A DNA stretch of 64,000 bases from the NCBI GenBank assembly GCA_002436005.1, contig DIXG01000100.1, positions 23,279-87,278 of the forward strand. Direction: 5' to 3'. The stretch's first letter is position 1; every line of letters begins with the position of its first letter. Shown one piece after another: positions 1 through 10,758 of this stretch. Origin of the DNA: Anaerolineaceae bacterium UBA6086 (GTDB lineage Bacteria; Chloroflexota; Anaerolineae; Anaerolineales; Anaerolineaceae). The notes beneath the pieces are model-generated. The model was not told the origin of the DNA. It was given only the letters and a program-made list of their open reading frames with translations, and did no database searches. The translations under genes were made by a program, and so were the position numbers.

Positions 1-129
1 ACCCTTACACTGTTGAGGGACAGCGGCTTTGAAGCGCTTATTCACCACCAACTCCCTCCAAATGACGGCTGCATCGCTTTTGGTCAGGCGATGATCGCTT
101 CTTATCGGTATATGCAAGAAAAGGAGTAA
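1..129 (+). CDS. hypF: Carbamoyltransferase HypF, C-terminal fragment (truncated by window edge)
   Basis: Frame 1 reads ...LIHHQLPPNDGCIAFGQAMIA...KE*, matching the HypF C-terminal PxNDGG/CxxxGQ motif; directly upstream of hypC. Confidence 0.9.
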   Translation, partial: TLTLLRDSGFEALIHHQLPPNDGCIAFGQAMIASYRYMQEKE

Positions 130-132
130 GTT

Positions 133-390
133 ATGTGCCTTGGAATACCAGGAAAAATTATCTCGATCTATGAAGAACATGGCACCAGGATGGCAAATAT
201 TGATTTTGGCGGCGTGAGTCGTGAAGCCTGTGTTGAAGTTGTTCCAGAAGCGAAACCGGGCGATTGGACCATTGTTCATGCGGGTTTTGCCCTGAACCTT
301 CTAAGCGAAGAGGAAGCTCAGGAAACGCTTGAAATCCTGTCTGAAATGGCCAGGCTTGCAGAACAGGATGACCTTGACCACGGTGAATGA
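133..390 (+). CDS. hypC: Hydrogenase maturation chaperone HypC
   Basis: N-terminal MCLGIPG and IVHAGFAL motifs; AAGGAG RBS. Confidence 0.97.
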   Translation: MCLGIPGKIISIYEEHGTRMANIDFGGVSREACVEVVPEAKPGDWTIVHAGFALNLLSEEEAQETLEILSEMARLAEQDDLDHGE

Positions 391-1492
391 TTCAACCTCT
401 CCAAATTTCCTAACAGGTTACCGTGATGCACATCTGGTTCAGGGGGTGATCAGACAAATCCACCAACGGATAACCCAACCATGGACGATCATGGAAATTT
501 GTGGTGGTCAGACACATGCTATCATGCAATATGGGCTGGATCAACTTCTGCCAGCTGAGATTGAACTGGTGCACGGTCCTGGTTGCCCGGTGTGCGTGAC
601 TTCTTTGGAATTGATTGACCAGGCACTGTGGATCGCCCAGCAACCTGATGTGATCTTCACAACCTTTGGCGATATGCTGCGAGTGCCCGGTTCAAATGGT
701 GATCTCTTCTCTGTCAGGGCAGCAGGTGCTCAGGTACGTGTGGTTTATTCTCCTATGGATGCAGTCAAAATTGCCCAGGAAAACCCGGACAAACAAGTCG
801 TCTTTTTCGCTATCGGATTTGAAACCACCGCCCCAGCAAACGCGATGTCCGTCCTTCAGGCTGAAAAAATCGGTTTGGAAAACTTCTCAATCCTTCCCGC
901 CAATGTTCTGGTTCCGCCGGCGATGCACGCCATCCTATCCAGCCCAGAAAATCGAATCCAGGGGTTCCTGGCTGCCGGGCACGTCTGTGCTGTGATGGGA
1001 TACTGGGAATATCCACCCATTGCAGAAAAATATCAAATCCCAATCACCGTGACGGGTTTTGAACCTCTTGATTTGTTAAACGGAATTCTTCATACAGTCA
1101 TTATGCTGGAAGAAGGCCGCACTGAGGTTGAAAATGCATACACCCGTGTTGTCTCCTATAAAGGAAATCAGTCTGCCCAACAGTTGATCAATCGGGTATT
1201 TCAGACGATTGATCGTAATTGGCGCGGTATCGGGGCGATCCCCAAGAGCGGGTACGGATTGCATGATGCGTACAAACACTATGATGCATCCATGAAGTTT
1301 CATAGCACCGGTATTCAAACAGAAGAATCTCCTCTTTGTATCGCAGGACAGGTGCTGCAAGGGTTGAAAAAGCCTTATGAATGCCCGGCTTTTGGAACAC
1401 AGTGCACACCCCAATCCCCTTTAGGCGCACCAATGGTCTCCTCAGAGGGCGCTTGCGCTGCGTATTATCGATTTGGTAGGAAAGCAAAATGA
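368..1492 (+). CDS. hypD: Hydrogenase maturation protein HypD
   Basis: [36 protein letters not shown] motifs; start uncertain (ATG 368 or GTG 383). Confidence 0.96.
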   Translation: MTLTTVNDSTSPNFLTGYRDAHLVQGVIRQIHQRITQPWTIMEICGGQTHAIMQYGLDQLLPAEIELVHGPGCPVCVTSLELIDQALWIAQQPDVIFTTFGDMLRVPGSNGDLFSVRAAGAQVRVVYSPMDAVKIAQENPDKQVVFFAIGFETTAPANAMSVLQAEKIGLENFSILPANVLVPPAMHAILSSPENRIQGFLAAGHVCAVMGYWEYPPIAEKYQIPITVTGFEPLDLLNGILHTVIMLEEGRTEVENAYTRVVSYKGNQSAQQLINRVFQTIDRNWRGIGAIPKSGYGLHDAYKHYDASMKFHSTGIQTEESPLCIAGQVLQGLKKPYECPAFGTQCTPQSPLGAPMVSSEGACAAYYRFGRKAK

Positions 1493-2568
1493 GCCAAACT
1501 AACCTTATAAAACCCATCCAAATCCAGGGTCCAGTTTGCCCACTCCCCCATCACCACACCGAAACTGTTGTGATTGGGCACGGCAGCGGCGGACAGATGA
1601 CACGGGATTTGATCATCAACATCTTTCAGAGAGAAATTGGTAACGAGTTCCTTGCGCAGGGCAATGATGCAGCCCTTATCACATTCAAAGAAGCGCCAGA
1701 ACGGATTGCGATCTCAACCGATTCGCATGTGGTTTCGCCTTTGTTTTATCCAGGTGGCAATATCGGGCGTCTTTCAGTCTCCGGCACCGTTAACGACGTT
1801 GCCATGTTAGGCGCTGTGCCAGCGTACCTCACCGCCGGCTTTATTATCGAAGAGGGATTCTCGATGGACTCTTTGAAGCAAATCCTGATTTCAATGGCAG
1901 AGACCTGCCGTGAAGCAGGGGTGCAGATTGTTGCTGGGGACACAAAGGTCGTGGAAAAAGGCAGTGCTGACGGTCTGTTTATCAACACCGCAGGCTTTGG
2001 TATCATCCCTGAGGGACGCCAGGTCGGCGGACAATACGCACAGCCTGGGGATGCCGTGATTATCTCCGGATCAATAGGCGATCATGGTATCGCTGTTCTC
2101 CAGGCGCGGGGAAAGCTTGGTTTTGATTCCGAAATCAAATCCGATGTTGCGCCGCTGAACCACATGATCAATGATTTGCTCACTGCCATTCCCCAGGTGC
2201 ATGTCCTGCGCGACCCCACTCGTGGTGGGTTGGCAACGACTTTGAAGGAAATTGCCTGTCAGAGCCAGGTGAGTATTCACCTGGAGGAAGAAAGCATCCC
2301 CGTCAAACAAAATGTCAGAACTGCCTGCGAAATGCTGGGATTTGATCCCCTTTATTTAGCCAATGAAGGCAAAGTGATTGCCATCCTCCCCCAGGAAAAG
2401 GCTGATGACGCCATCCAGATACTTAAGAGTTCTCCGTACGGTGTGATGTCTACGCGAATTGGATATGTTTCTCAGGAAGATCCGGGAAATGTTCTCCTCC
2501 GAACTGCCTTTGGCACCACCCGAATTCTGGATATGCTTGCCGGCGAGATCCTTCCGCGAATATGCTGA
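1489..2568 (+). CDS. hypE: Hydrogenase maturation protein HypE
   Basis: HGSGG, GTVND, GDTKVV, RDPTRGG and C-terminal PRIC. Confidence 0.97.
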   Translation: MSQTNLIKPIQIQGPVCPLPHHHTETVVIGHGSGGQMTRDLIINIFQREIGNEFLAQGNDAALITFKEAPERIAISTDSHVVSPLFYPGGNIGRLSVSGTVNDVAMLGAVPAYLTAGFIIEEGFSMDSLKQILISMAETCREAGVQIVAGDTKVVEKGSADGLFINTAGFGIIPEGRQVGGQYAQPGDAVIISGSIGDHGIAVLQARGKLGFDSEIKSDVAPLNHMINDLLTAIPQVHVLRDPTRGGLATTLKEIACQSQVSIHLEEESIPVKQNVRTACEMLGFDPLYLANEGKVIAILPQEKADDAIQILKSSPYGVMSTRIGYVSQEDPGNVLLRTAFGTTRILDMLAGEILPRIC

Positions 2569-2631
2569 TGCTTGACCAATAACGACGATTCCAAATATAC
2601 TTATCTAAATTTATTCAATTAAAGGTCCATT

Positions 2632-3432
2632 ATGAAAATCGATTACAAAGAAACAACCAGCGACTTACTCACCCGGATCAACATCCACGATGCTTATGGG
2701 TCTCGAGACATTGACAAGTGGATGCTTGAGGTGCTCCCCCTCGCCCAGGGCATGACCATTCTCGACGTTGGCTGCGGCGCGGGGAAACAATGCTTTTCCT
2801 ATTTGGCACACCTGAGCGGCAAAGCGACTATTTCTGGCGGTGATGTCTCTGAAGAACTGCTTGCAAAAGCGGAAGAGGAAAACGCTAAATTGGGCAATCG
2901 TGTTTCATTTCAAACACTGAATTTCAACCAGCCGTTTCCATTTCCCAACCAAACTTACGATCTCGTCTCTTGCTCATTTGCCATCTACTACGCAGAAGAC
3001 ATTCCCTTCACGATCAGTGAAATGCATCGTGTTCTCAAACCTGGAGGCAACCTCTTCACAACCGGACCGATGCCAGAAAACAAACAGATGTTTTACGAGG
3101 TTATCAAAGAAGCGACCGGAAAAGAGATTCCGCCTATGCCCGGCAGCTCAAGGTATGCATCTGAAATCTACAAAACAATTAAAGACCTCTTTTCTGAGGT
3201 CAAGATTCACATCTTTGAAAATCCCCTCACCTTCCCCAATGTTGAACCCTTCCTCGCCTACACCAGAGCGTCACTTTCAGAAGACCGCCTGCTGTGGAAT
3301 ACATTCTTTCAGACAAAAGAAGATTTTGAAGACATCATGGCAAAAATTACCGATGTTGCCCAAAAATGGTTTGAACGCGATGGTCAGCTGGTCATGACAA
3401 AAGTGGTTGGTGGAATCCTGGCTACAAAGTAG
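2632..3432 (+). CDS. Class I SAM-dependent methyltransferase
   Basis: ILDVGCGAG motif I; EMHRVLKPGG. Confidence 0.9.
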   Translation: MKIDYKETTSDLLTRINIHDAYGSRDIDKWMLEVLPLAQGMTILDVGCGAGKQCFSYLAHLSGKATISGGDVSEELLAKAEEENAKLGNRVSFQTLNFNQPFPFPNQTYDLVSCSFAIYYAEDIPFTISEMHRVLKPGGNLFTTGPMPENKQMFYEVIKEATGKEIPPMPGSSRYASEIYKTIKDLFSEVKIHIFENPLTFPNVEPFLAYTRASLSEDRLLWNTFFQTKEDFEDIMAKITDVAQKWFERDGQLVMTKVVGGILATK

Positions 3433-3438
3433 GTGTGT

Positions 3439-4092
3439 ATGAATCACAATATGACATTCTTTGGGGAAACAATTTGCTGCATTGGCGCGCATCCTGATGA
3501 TATCGAGTTGGGTTGTGGTGCCCTGATTGCAGATATCGTAGACCAGACCAACGTGATTTGTGTGACCCTCTCGGATAACCAGAAAAATCCAGATTTGTCT
3601 AACCTGGTAGATGAATACTATGCCAGCATGGATATCCTGGGTGTCAAACGAGAAAATGCGCTTCTTTATGACTTTACAACCCGTCGTTTCCCCGCTGCCA
3701 GGCAGGAAATTCTTGAAGTCATGCTGGAACTAAAAAGAAAATATCATCCAGAAGTTGTCCTCGTTCATACCTCCCAGGACATTCACCAGGATCACAAAAC
3801 GGTGACAGAAGAAGCGCTTCGTGCTTTTCGAGGTACAACCGTCCTGGGGTTTGATGTGCTCCGTTCCAGTTATGGTTTTTTTCCCGACTTCCTGGTGCAG
3901 GTTTCTGAAGAGGCTGTCAACAAAAAAATACAGGCGCTTCAAGCCTATAAAACCTATACCGACAAGTATTATTTTGACGAAAACATCATCCACGCCACAG
4001 CCATCCGGCACGGCGCACTGGCAGAAAGACCCTTTGCTGAAGGATTTGATATCCTCAGAATTGTCGGTCAGTTTGGCAGTAAATCTCGGTAA
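3439..4092 (+). CDS. PIG-L/LmbE family deacetylase
   Basis: GAHPDDIE and DIHQDH metal-binding motifs. Confidence 0.9.
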   Translation: MNHNMTFFGETICCIGAHPDDIELGCGALIADIVDQTNVICVTLSDNQKNPDLSNLVDEYYASMDILGVKRENALLYDFTTRRFPAARQEILEVMLELKRKYHPEVVLVHTSQDIHQDHKTVTEEALRAFRGTTVLGFDVLRSSYGFFPDFLVQVSEEAVNKKIQALQAYKTYTDKYYFDENIIHATAIRHGALAERPFAEGFDILRIVGQFGSKSR

Positions 4093-4097
4093 TCAAA

Positions 4098-4131
4098 GAG
4101 GCTGCAGTTCATCATTCGCAGCCCCTTTTTT
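4098..4131 (+). terminator. Intrinsic terminator between convergent genes
   Basis: GGCTGC...GCAGCC stem followed by T-run. Confidence 0.6.
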
Positions 4132-4136
4132 CTCAT

Positions 4137-4463
4137 CTAATCCTCAATCCCTATTTCCACTTTCCTATCCGTGACCCGGACAGGAAATGACCGAACATTT
4201 GTGACCGCTGGCAGTGCCAACACTTCACCGGTGCGGACGTCAAAACGGGCGCCGTGCCTCGGGCAGACAATCTCATGCCCTTCCAGATCCCCATCCCCTA
4301 AAGGACCATCGTCATGGGTGCAGGTGTCTTCGATGGCGAAGAAATTACCGTCAATATTAAAGACAACTATCGGTGTACCTTTTAGCTCAAGAAAAATCCG
4401 CTCACCAGGTGGCAGGTCTTCGACACTGCAAATTGAGTAGAAAATCATTTCTTCCATCATCAT
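4137..4463 (-). CDS. Rieske [2Fe-2S] ferredoxin (SUF-associated type)
   Basis: CTH...CPRHGARFD Rieske motifs. Confidence 0.95.
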   Translation of the reverse strand: MMMEEMIFYSICSVEDLPPGERIFLELKGTPIVVFNIDGNFFAIEDTCTHDDGPLGDGDLEGHEIVCPRHGARFDVRTGEVLALPAVTNVRSFPVRVTDRKVEIGIED

Positions 4464-4471
4464 TCCCTTTG

Positions 4472-4501
4472 AAAAAAGGCGGTCACAACTGACCGCCTTT
4501 T
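4472..4501 (-). terminator. Intrinsic terminator downstream of the 97-aa gene
   Basis: AAAAGGCGGTCA-caac-TGACCGCCTTTT perfect inverted repeat with A/T tails. Confidence 0.8.
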
Positions 4502-4521
4502 AATGACATTGCTTTAAACAC

Positions 4522-4815
4522 TTAACTTGTCTGATAGCCGGTCGGACGTGTGTTGTCTTTCTTTGCCTCTCGCATCAAATGAGAATCAAACGGAAACCAT
4601 AAAATGTGGTCTGGAACCATCCAGCCATCCGTCAGGTAAACATTGGTACGAAACTGCACGGCAACCATTTTTTCATCGACCTGGACTATAATTCCTCGTA
4701 CCCAATCACGAATGCGTTCGCCGCCTTTTTCGTGATCACATAAAACCTCAACAGCATCACCGACTTGATAGGTCGTATCCTCATCTGGCGGTCTCATAAA
4801 TGGAGATCTAGCCAT
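4522..4815 (-). CDS. Hypothetical protein, probable SH3/Tudor-like beta-barrel
   Basis: AGGAGG RBS, own terminator; YQVGDAVEV...WVRGIIVQV pattern typical of SH3-like folds. Confidence 0.75.
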   Translation of the reverse strand: MARSPFMRPPDEDTTYQVGDAVEVLCDHEKGGERIRDWVRGIIVQVDEKMVAVQFRTNVYLTDGWMVPDHILWFPFDSHLMREAKKDNTRPTGYQTS

Positions 4816-4924
4816 CTATCCTCCTGATTTAATCATAATCAATAATTTCATAAAGAAAGTCAACTCATCTATTGTAGCAGATTACAAAAGATAATTCTAT
4901 TAGTATTTCATAAAACTTTGAACA

Positions 4925-6274
4925 TTATCGCTCTGCCATCTTTTCGGTAATCGCTTCTTTGAAACGATTTTGTACGCCCTCAATGGGAATACGCGCCATG
5001 ATGGGTGCGAAGAATCCCATCACAATCAGTTGCTCCGCTTCCTTTCTGGGAATACCGCGGCTGAGCAGATAAAATAATTCGTTCTCGTCAATTTTCCCCA
5101 CCGTCGCACCATGAGTGCAGCGAACATCATCCGCCAAAATCTCAAGCCCTGGGATGGAATCAGCTCGCGCCTGTTTGCTGAGGATCAGGTTGCGATTCGC
5201 CTGATAGCCATCCGTTCCATCCGCACCTGGGGCAACATAAATCATCCCCTGCCAAACAGATCGACTGGCATCCAGCAATGCGCCTTTATAAAGCAAATCA
5301 CTGGTCGTATTTTCAGCGAGATGGTTCTGCTGAGTGTCATGATCCAGATGCTGGTTGCCATTTGTAAAATAAAATCCCGACATCCTCGCCATGGCGCCTG
5401 GCTCAGCAAGATCAATATCAGAGAAATTCTTGGTCAGATGAGTCCCCATGGCACCAAACACCCACTCCAAATTTCCATCCCCCATCACCCTGGCACGTTC
5501 ACGGGTCATTGACCAGACATTCCTTCCCCAGGATTGTAATTCCACAAAGGTTAACCTCGCATTTTGACCAACGAAAATCTCTACGATGCCATCATGAAAA
5601 ACCTGAGACCGGTCATCGCTGGTTGCTGAAGAACTCTCGTGCACAAAAGTAACAGATGCCCCGTCTTCTAACCAGAGAAGTAAGTGATTGATGAAAGCAG
5701 TATCCTCGCCAGCTCCCCAGTAAAGACTGTGCAGCGGCTGCTCAATCACAACATTCTTGGGAACATACAAAAATACGCCATCTTGACCCAACGCTGCAGC
5801 CAGTGCTGTGAATTTATCCTCATCCGGAGCGACAATTTTGCCAAGCAAATTACCTACGAGTTGTGGGTATTTCTCTTCTGCAAGCGCAAAATGGGTAAAG
5901 ATCACTCCCTGTTGGGCTAAAGACTCATCCAGCTGACAACTTGCCTCCAGCGCGCCCGAAACGATCCGTCCCGAGGGCTCTTCACCAATAATGACTGGGT
6001 CCAATAAGCGAGCAGGTGGGTCCGATCTGAAACCATTTTCAGGAATTGTGAACTTATCAGTCGCCAACCCGCGAATGTCCGTTCGCCGCCAGGGTTCATC
6101 TCTTAGTGTGGGAAAGGGCAATCTTTGATAGGCTTCCCAGGCGGCTTGATGATAACCACGGATTTGGGAATGATCTGATTGATTGACCATTTCCTGTGGA
6201 AACGAAAACTCAGCCAATTCATTTCGCTTACGGCTGCTGCTTTTGATCACAACGGATTGATTAGCATTTGTCAT
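4925..6274 (-). CDS. sufD: Fe-S cluster assembly protein SufD
   Basis: PGLEILADDVRCTHGATVG, LFYLLSRGI; follows sufB. Confidence 0.95.
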   Translation of the reverse strand: MTNANQSVVIKSSSRKRNELAEFSFPQEMVNQSDHSQIRGYHQAAWEAYQRLPFPTLRDEPWRRTDIRGLATDKFTIPENGFRSDPPARLLDPVIIGEEPSGRIVSGALEASCQLDESLAQQGVIFTHFALAEEKYPQLVGNLLGKIVAPDEDKFTALAAALGQDGVFLYVPKNVVIEQPLHSLYWGAGEDTAFINHLLLWLEDGASVTFVHESSSATSDDRSQVFHDGIVEIFVGQNARLTFVELQSWGRNVWSMTRERARVMGDGNLEWVFGAMGTHLTKNFSDIDLAEPGAMARMSGFYFTNGNQHLDHDTQQNHLAENTTSDLLYKGALLDASRSVWQGMIYVAPGADGTDGYQANRNLILSKQARADSIPGLEILADDVRCTHGATVGKIDENELFYLLSRGIPRKEAEQLIVMGFFAPIMARIPIEGVQNRFKEAITEKMAER

Positions 6275-6294
6275 TGAGCAATTTTCTTTCCTTG

Positions 6295-7707
6295 TTATCC
6301 GACTGATCCAATCATCTGAAGCTGGATCAATCGATTCAATTCAACAGCATATTCCATGGGAAGTTCTTTCACCAGGGGTTCAATGAAGCCGGAAACGACC
6401 ATTGTCGTCGCCTCTTCTTCGCTCAAGCCTCGGCTCATCAAGTAAAATAATTGCTCTTCCCCAACCTTGGAAACTGTCGCTTCATGCCCCAGAGACACAT
6501 CCTGGGCATCGACCTCGATATAGGGGTAAGTATCTGATCGGGATTCTGGATTCAACAGCAGTGCATCACACACCACATTGGATTTTGACCCTTCTGCATT
6601 GGAATGAATCTTTACAAGCCCGCGATACGAAGAACGTCCGTTGCCCCGACTGATCGACTTTGATGTGATCTTGCTGCTGGTATTCGGTGCAAAATGGATC
6701 GCCTTACCGCCAGCATCCTGGTGCTGATTCGGTCCGGCGAATGCGACGGATAGGATTTCACCATGCGCCCCCGGTTCCATCAAATAGCAGGAGGGATATT
6801 TCATGGTTGTTTTTGAACCAAGATTCGCATCCACCCATTCCATCGTGCCGTTCTCATACACCTTTGCCCGCTGAGTCACCAGGTTGTAAACATTGCTGGA
6901 CCAATTTTGAATGGTGGTGTAGCGCACACGCGCATTTTTCTTCACCACGATTTCAATCACGCCGCTATGGAATGAATTTGTCGAATATGTTGGCGCTGTA
7001 CAACCCTCAACGTAATGAACCTGTGCACCTTCATCGGCAATTATCAAAGACCGCTCAAATTGCCCAATATTGGCAGAATTAAGGCGAAAATAAGCCTGCA
7101 ACGGTAAATCCACCTTGATTCCAGGTGGAATGTAGACAAAAGATCCCCCGGACCACACCGCACTATTCAATGCAGCAAATTTATTATCCTGAATGGGAAT
7201 GACGGTCGAAAAGTACTCCCGGAAAATATCAGGATGCTGGCGCAATCCTTCTTCAATGGATAAAAAGATGACGCCCTTCTTGGCTAATTCTTCATGAACG
7301 CTGTGATAGATCATTTCTGATTCATACTGCGCGCCCACGCCAGAGAGATATTTTTGCTCTGCTTCAGGGATGCCCAGTTTATCAAAGGTGTTCTTAATCG
7401 TCTCCGGGATATCTTCCCAGGTGCGGCCCTCCTGATCCGTTGGCTTGACATAGTAGTAAATATCGTCAAGATCCAAATCGCTTAAATCTGCTCCCCACTG
7501 TGGGATAGGACGCTGCAGATAATGTTTATAAGCTTTCAAGCGAAATTCCAGCATCCACTTCGGTTCACCCTTCATGGCTGATATCTGCCTAACGACTGCT
7601 TCATTCAATCCTTTTTGACTTTTAAAGACAAACGTGTCAGGATCACTGAACCCGTATTGATATTCTCCTAACTCTTCCAAAAAACCAGTATCGGGGTTTT
7701 TATCCAT
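6295..7707 (-). CDS. sufB: Fe-S cluster assembly protein SufB
   Basis: [32 protein letters not shown]; start placed at ATG with GGAG RBS. Confidence 0.97.
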   Translation of the reverse strand: MDKNPDTGFLEELGEYQYGFSDPDTFVFKSQKGLNEAVVRQISAMKGEPKWMLEFRLKAYKHYLQRPIPQWGADLSDLDLDDIYYYVKPTDQEGRTWEDIPETIKNTFDKLGIPEAEQKYLSGVGAQYESEMIYHSVHEELAKKGVIFLSIEEGLRQHPDIFREYFSTVIPIQDNKFAALNSAVWSGGSFVYIPPGIKVDLPLQAYFRLNSANIGQFERSLIIADEGAQVHYVEGCTAPTYSTNSFHSGVIEIVVKKNARVRYTTIQNWSSNVYNLVTQRAKVYENGTMEWVDANLGSKTTMKYPSCYLMEPGAHGEILSVAFAGPNQHQDAGGKAIHFAPNTSSKITSKSISRGNGRSSYRGLVKIHSNAEGSKSNVVCDALLLNPESRSDTYPYIEVDAQDVSLGHEATVSKVGEEQLFYLMSRGLSEEEATTMVVSGFIEPLVKELPMEYAVELNRLIQLQMIGSVG

Positions 7708-7727
7708 AGTATGCTCCAGGGAGGTGA

Positions 7728-8504
7728 TTAAGCGGTTTCTGCCTGCCCATATTTTTCGCGTACCCAATCATACCCCTCTTCTTCAAGTAAAAGTGACAGG
7801 GCTTCACTGCCTGATTCTACAATTCGCCCGTCAAACATGATGTGCACATAGTCAGGTTTAATATAGTTTAATATTCGTTGATAATGCGTGATAACCACCA
7901 CGCCCATTCCCGGCCCTTTCAGTGCATTCACACCTTCCGAGACAATTCGGATAGCATCAATATCCAACCCAGAATCGGTTTCATCAAGGATAGCGAAGGC
8001 AGGCGCTAAAACCGCCAGCTGCAAGACTTCAGTCCGCTTTTTTTCTCCGCCTGAGAAGCCCTCATTAAGATAACGTCCACCAAAGGTGTATTCCATTTCC
8101 AAGAGGTCCATCTTGGATTTCAACAATTTTCGGAACTCTAATACAGAAATATCCTCTTGAGGTGGTTCGCCATAACGTCGTCGCGCATTGACAGCGGTGC
8201 GCAAAAAATTGGCAACCGTCACACCCGGGATGGAAACAGGGTATTGAAAAGCAAGGAAAATACCAGCACGCGACCGCTCGTCAGCAGCCATATCCAACAC
8301 GCTTTTACCATCAATGCGAATATCACCCTCTGTAATTTCGTAATTCGGGTGCCCCATGATCGAGTAGGCTAAAGTTGATTTACCAGTCCCGTTTGGACCC
8401 ATAATCGCATGAACCTCACCCTGCCTGACGGTCAGGTTCAATCCTTTGATGATTGGATTTCCTTCGATGGAAACATGCAAATTATCGATGATTAATTCCG
8501 GCAT
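7728..8504 (-). CDS. sufC: Fe-S cluster assembly ATPase SufC
   Basis: [30 protein letters not shown]. Confidence 0.97.
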   Translation of the reverse strand: MPELIIDNLHVSIEGNPIIKGLNLTVRQGEVHAIMGPNGTGKSTLAYSIMGHPNYEITEGDIRIDGKSVLDMAADERSRAGIFLAFQYPVSIPGVTVANFLRTAVNARRRYGEPPQEDISVLEFRKLLKSKMDLLEMEYTFGGRYLNEGFSGGEKKRTEVLQLAVLAPAFAILDETDSGLDIDAIRIVSEGVNALKGPGMGVVVITHYQRILNYIKPDYVHIMFDGRIVESGSEALSLLLEEEGYDWVREKYGQAETA

Positions 8505-8577
8505 CAATTCTCCTCAAGATAATTGGATTTTTTACTCCATTTTTATCTAATTTATCATAATTTGTATAAGCTTGTGA

Positions 8578-8606
8578 ATTATAGCATGCCCAATTTGGAG
8601 TGTCAA
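8578..8606 (-). promoter_or_regulatory. Sigma70-type promoter of sufCBD
   Basis: Minus strand TTGACA-17 nt-TATAAT with extended -10 TG (perfect consensus). Confidence 0.85.
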
Positions 8607-8771
8607 TATTTTAGAATTTTGTAATAAATATTAATCCAGTTACACTGACCATTGTAAAAATCCTTGAGAGAAATGAATAAAACAATTTTTACATCTAAAA
8701 AAAGGACTTCATTAATTTCAAAAATATGCTATTATTAGAGAGCTAACACTCATTTATCAGAAAGGATAACA

Positions 8772-9314
8772 ATGGCCGATAAAGAAGAGAAAAAAGGACT
8801 ATTTGGTAAAGCCCTGGATGCTTTCTCAAGCAAAGACGAGAAAAAAGAACTTGAAAGCATGGAAGCAGAACTGGAAAAAGCCAAAAAAGAAGCTGAGGCA
8901 GCAAAACAAGCCTTAAAATCAATGATCAGCAAAAATGTTGAGAATTCAAAAGACAAGAGCCTTGCTGAGAAGGAAGCTGAAGCAGCTGAAAAGAAAATCG
9001 CTGAGCTCGAAAGCAAACTTAACGCCGCGATGGTCAAAGATCGCGAAAAATTGCTTGCTGAACGGAAGCAAATGGTTGAAGAGCGTAAGGCAAAACTTGA
9101 CGCCGGTTTGGCACCTGCCCTGATCACAAAGCACACCGTTAAAGCAGGCGAAACCCTGAGCCATGTTGCGCTGAAGTATTACAAGCATGCCACACCTCCC
9201 TACTGGCAGTTCCTGCTTGAGCACAACAAAGAAGTGCTGAAGGGCAGTGAAAAGAATATTCGCACAGGCATGGTCCTGGACATCCCAGAATTACCCGAGG
9301 AATTGAAAGATTAA
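8772..9314 (+). CDS. Coiled-coil protein with C-terminal LysM domain, no signal peptide
   Basis: K/E/A-rich helical N-terminus; HTVKAGETLSHVALKYY...GMVLDIP LysM. Confidence 0.88.
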   Translation: MADKEEKKGLFGKALDAFSSKDEKKELESMEAELEKAKKEAEAAKQALKSMISKNVENSKDKSLAEKEAEAAEKKIAELESKLNAAMVKDREKLLAERKQMVEERKAKLDAGLAPALITKHTVKAGETLSHVALKYYKHATPPYWQFLLEHNKEVLKGSEKNIRTGMVLDIPELPEELKD

Positions 9315-9315
9315 G

Positions 9316-9951
9316 ATGGCAAATAATTTAGATCTCGGTTCTCTATTTGGAACCGTCACCGAGCAGCTGACACAGAAAAAAGACTCGCTAAATGAGGCTG
9401 ATACCTATAATCATGATCATGGCGATCATATGGTTCAGATTTTCAGCCTAATTCAAGACGCAGTCGCTCAAAAATCTGATCAACCAGTTGCTGATCAATT
9501 AGATTTTGCCAGTCAAATGGTGAAAAATGAAGCCCAAAGCGGCTCTGGCCAGTTGTATGCGCAGGGACTTTCCTCTGCAGCTAAAAATTTGGCTGGATCT
9601 TCAGGATTAGATCAAAATTCAGTCATGACCCTGGTTAAAAGTCTTTTGAACGCAGACCAACCCCAGCAAGAACCTGAAACGCAACATAAAGGCGGATTAC
9701 TGGGTTCTCTGCTCTCCGGGTTGATGGGAAAATCTGAAAGTCAGGAGTCGCAAAAGGGATTTGATATGAATGATTTGCTGCGAGCAGGCATGTCTTTCTA
9801 CCAATCTCAGCAAGATGGAGATAGCACCATGGAATCGCTGATCAATGCGTTGATGGCAGGCAGTCCGCTTGGTCAATCGCCTCATCGCGCCCAATCCGGT
9901 TCGATCGTTGCCTCAACAATCATGAACTTTGCAAAATCATTCTTGAACTGA
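9316..9951 (+). CDS. Hypothetical protein with DAK2/DhaL-like N-terminus and Gly-rich helical C-terminus
   Basis: LNEAD..NHDHGDHM and GSGQLY resemble DhaL LNxLD..DGDHG / GASGPLY; GGLLGSLLSGL segment. Confidence 0.65.
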   Translation: MANNLDLGSLFGTVTEQLTQKKDSLNEADTYNHDHGDHMVQIFSLIQDAVAQKSDQPVADQLDFASQMVKNEAQSGSGQLYAQGLSSAAKNLAGSSGLDQNSVMTLVKSLLNADQPQQEPETQHKGGLLGSLLSGLMGKSESQESQKGFDMNDLLRAGMSFYQSQQDGDSTMESLINALMAGSPLGQSPHRAQSGSIVASTIMNFAKSFLN

Positions 9952-9970
9952 GAAGACCAAATAACACAAT

Positions 9971-10004
9971 AAAACAGGATGTCCTCGGGACATCCTATTT
10001 TTTT
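9971..10004 (+). terminator. Intrinsic terminator
   Basis: AGGATGTCC-tcg-GGACATCCT followed by ATTTTTTT. Confidence 0.85.
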
Positions 10005-10043
10005 AATAGCTCCTTATGATTTTTATGTAAAATATCTTAATTA

Positions 10044-10073
10044 TTGACAAACCAATCGACAACGTGCTAAAAT
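10044..10073 (+). promoter_or_regulatory. Sigma70-type promoter of sufR-sufT
   Basis: TTGACA-18 nt-TAAAAT with extended -10 TG. Confidence 0.7.
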
Positions 10074-10133
10074 CACGCCCAAGATTTAGCTCACAGGAAT
10101 CTCATCATCACAAGTGATAACAAGGTATGACTG

Positions 10134-10742
10134 ATGAAAAGCACAAGAGAAAATATTTTACGCCAATTGCTGGCTTTCCCCGGATCGACGATTAACGACC
10201 TTGCAGAAGCCGTAGGGATCAATGCCATTTCAGTTCGGCATCACCTGACTTCGCTGCAGGCTGAAGACCTGGTCACCTCGGCTGAAGAGCGCCATGGTGT
10301 AGGCAGACCAAGGTTGATCTATTCGTTAACCGAAAAAGGCGTTGAAGCTTTTCCAACCAGCTATATAAAACTAACGCAGCGGCTCTTGCGTGTATTAAAA
10401 AATAAATTTTCAGAAAAAGAAATTGATCAGATTTTTCAAAATATCGGCGAGGAAATTGCAGACAGCCAAATCGATGGTGATCACAATCAGCCTTTAGAAA
10501 AGAAATTAACCGCCCTGAAATCCCTTCTGACAGAAGAGGGTTTCGTTGTCGAGTTGTCTGAAAATGAGACTGACTACACATTGACCACACTCTCTTGCCC
10601 ATATTATCGAGTCGGCTTTGATTATCCACAAATTTGCACCATTGACTATGCTTTAATTTCCAAGTTTGTATCCAAACCTGTAAAAATCGAAACCTGTATA
10701 TTTAACGGCGAAGAGCATTGCACTTTTCAAATCCAAAAATAA
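10134..10742 (+). CDS. sufR: SufR-like winged-helix transcriptional regulator with Cys-rich C-terminal sensor domain
   Basis: HTH with VRHHL..L and GVGRPR; CPY...C...C...C; next to suf genes. Confidence 0.75.
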   Translation: MKSTRENILRQLLAFPGSTINDLAEAVGINAISVRHHLTSLQAEDLVTSAEERHGVGRPRLIYSLTEKGVEAFPTSYIKLTQRLLRVLKNKFSEKEIDQIFQNIGEEIADSQIDGDHNQPLEKKLTALKSLLTEEGFVVELSENETDYTLTTLSCPYYRVGFDYPQICTIDYALISKFVSKPVKIETCIFNGEEHCTFQIQK

Positions 10743-10758
10743 GCGAAAGAAGGCTTAA

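Noticed and set aside
2560..2571. HypE readthrough at TGA TGC
   Set aside because: HypE requires the C-terminal PRIC cysteine; this is the normal stop
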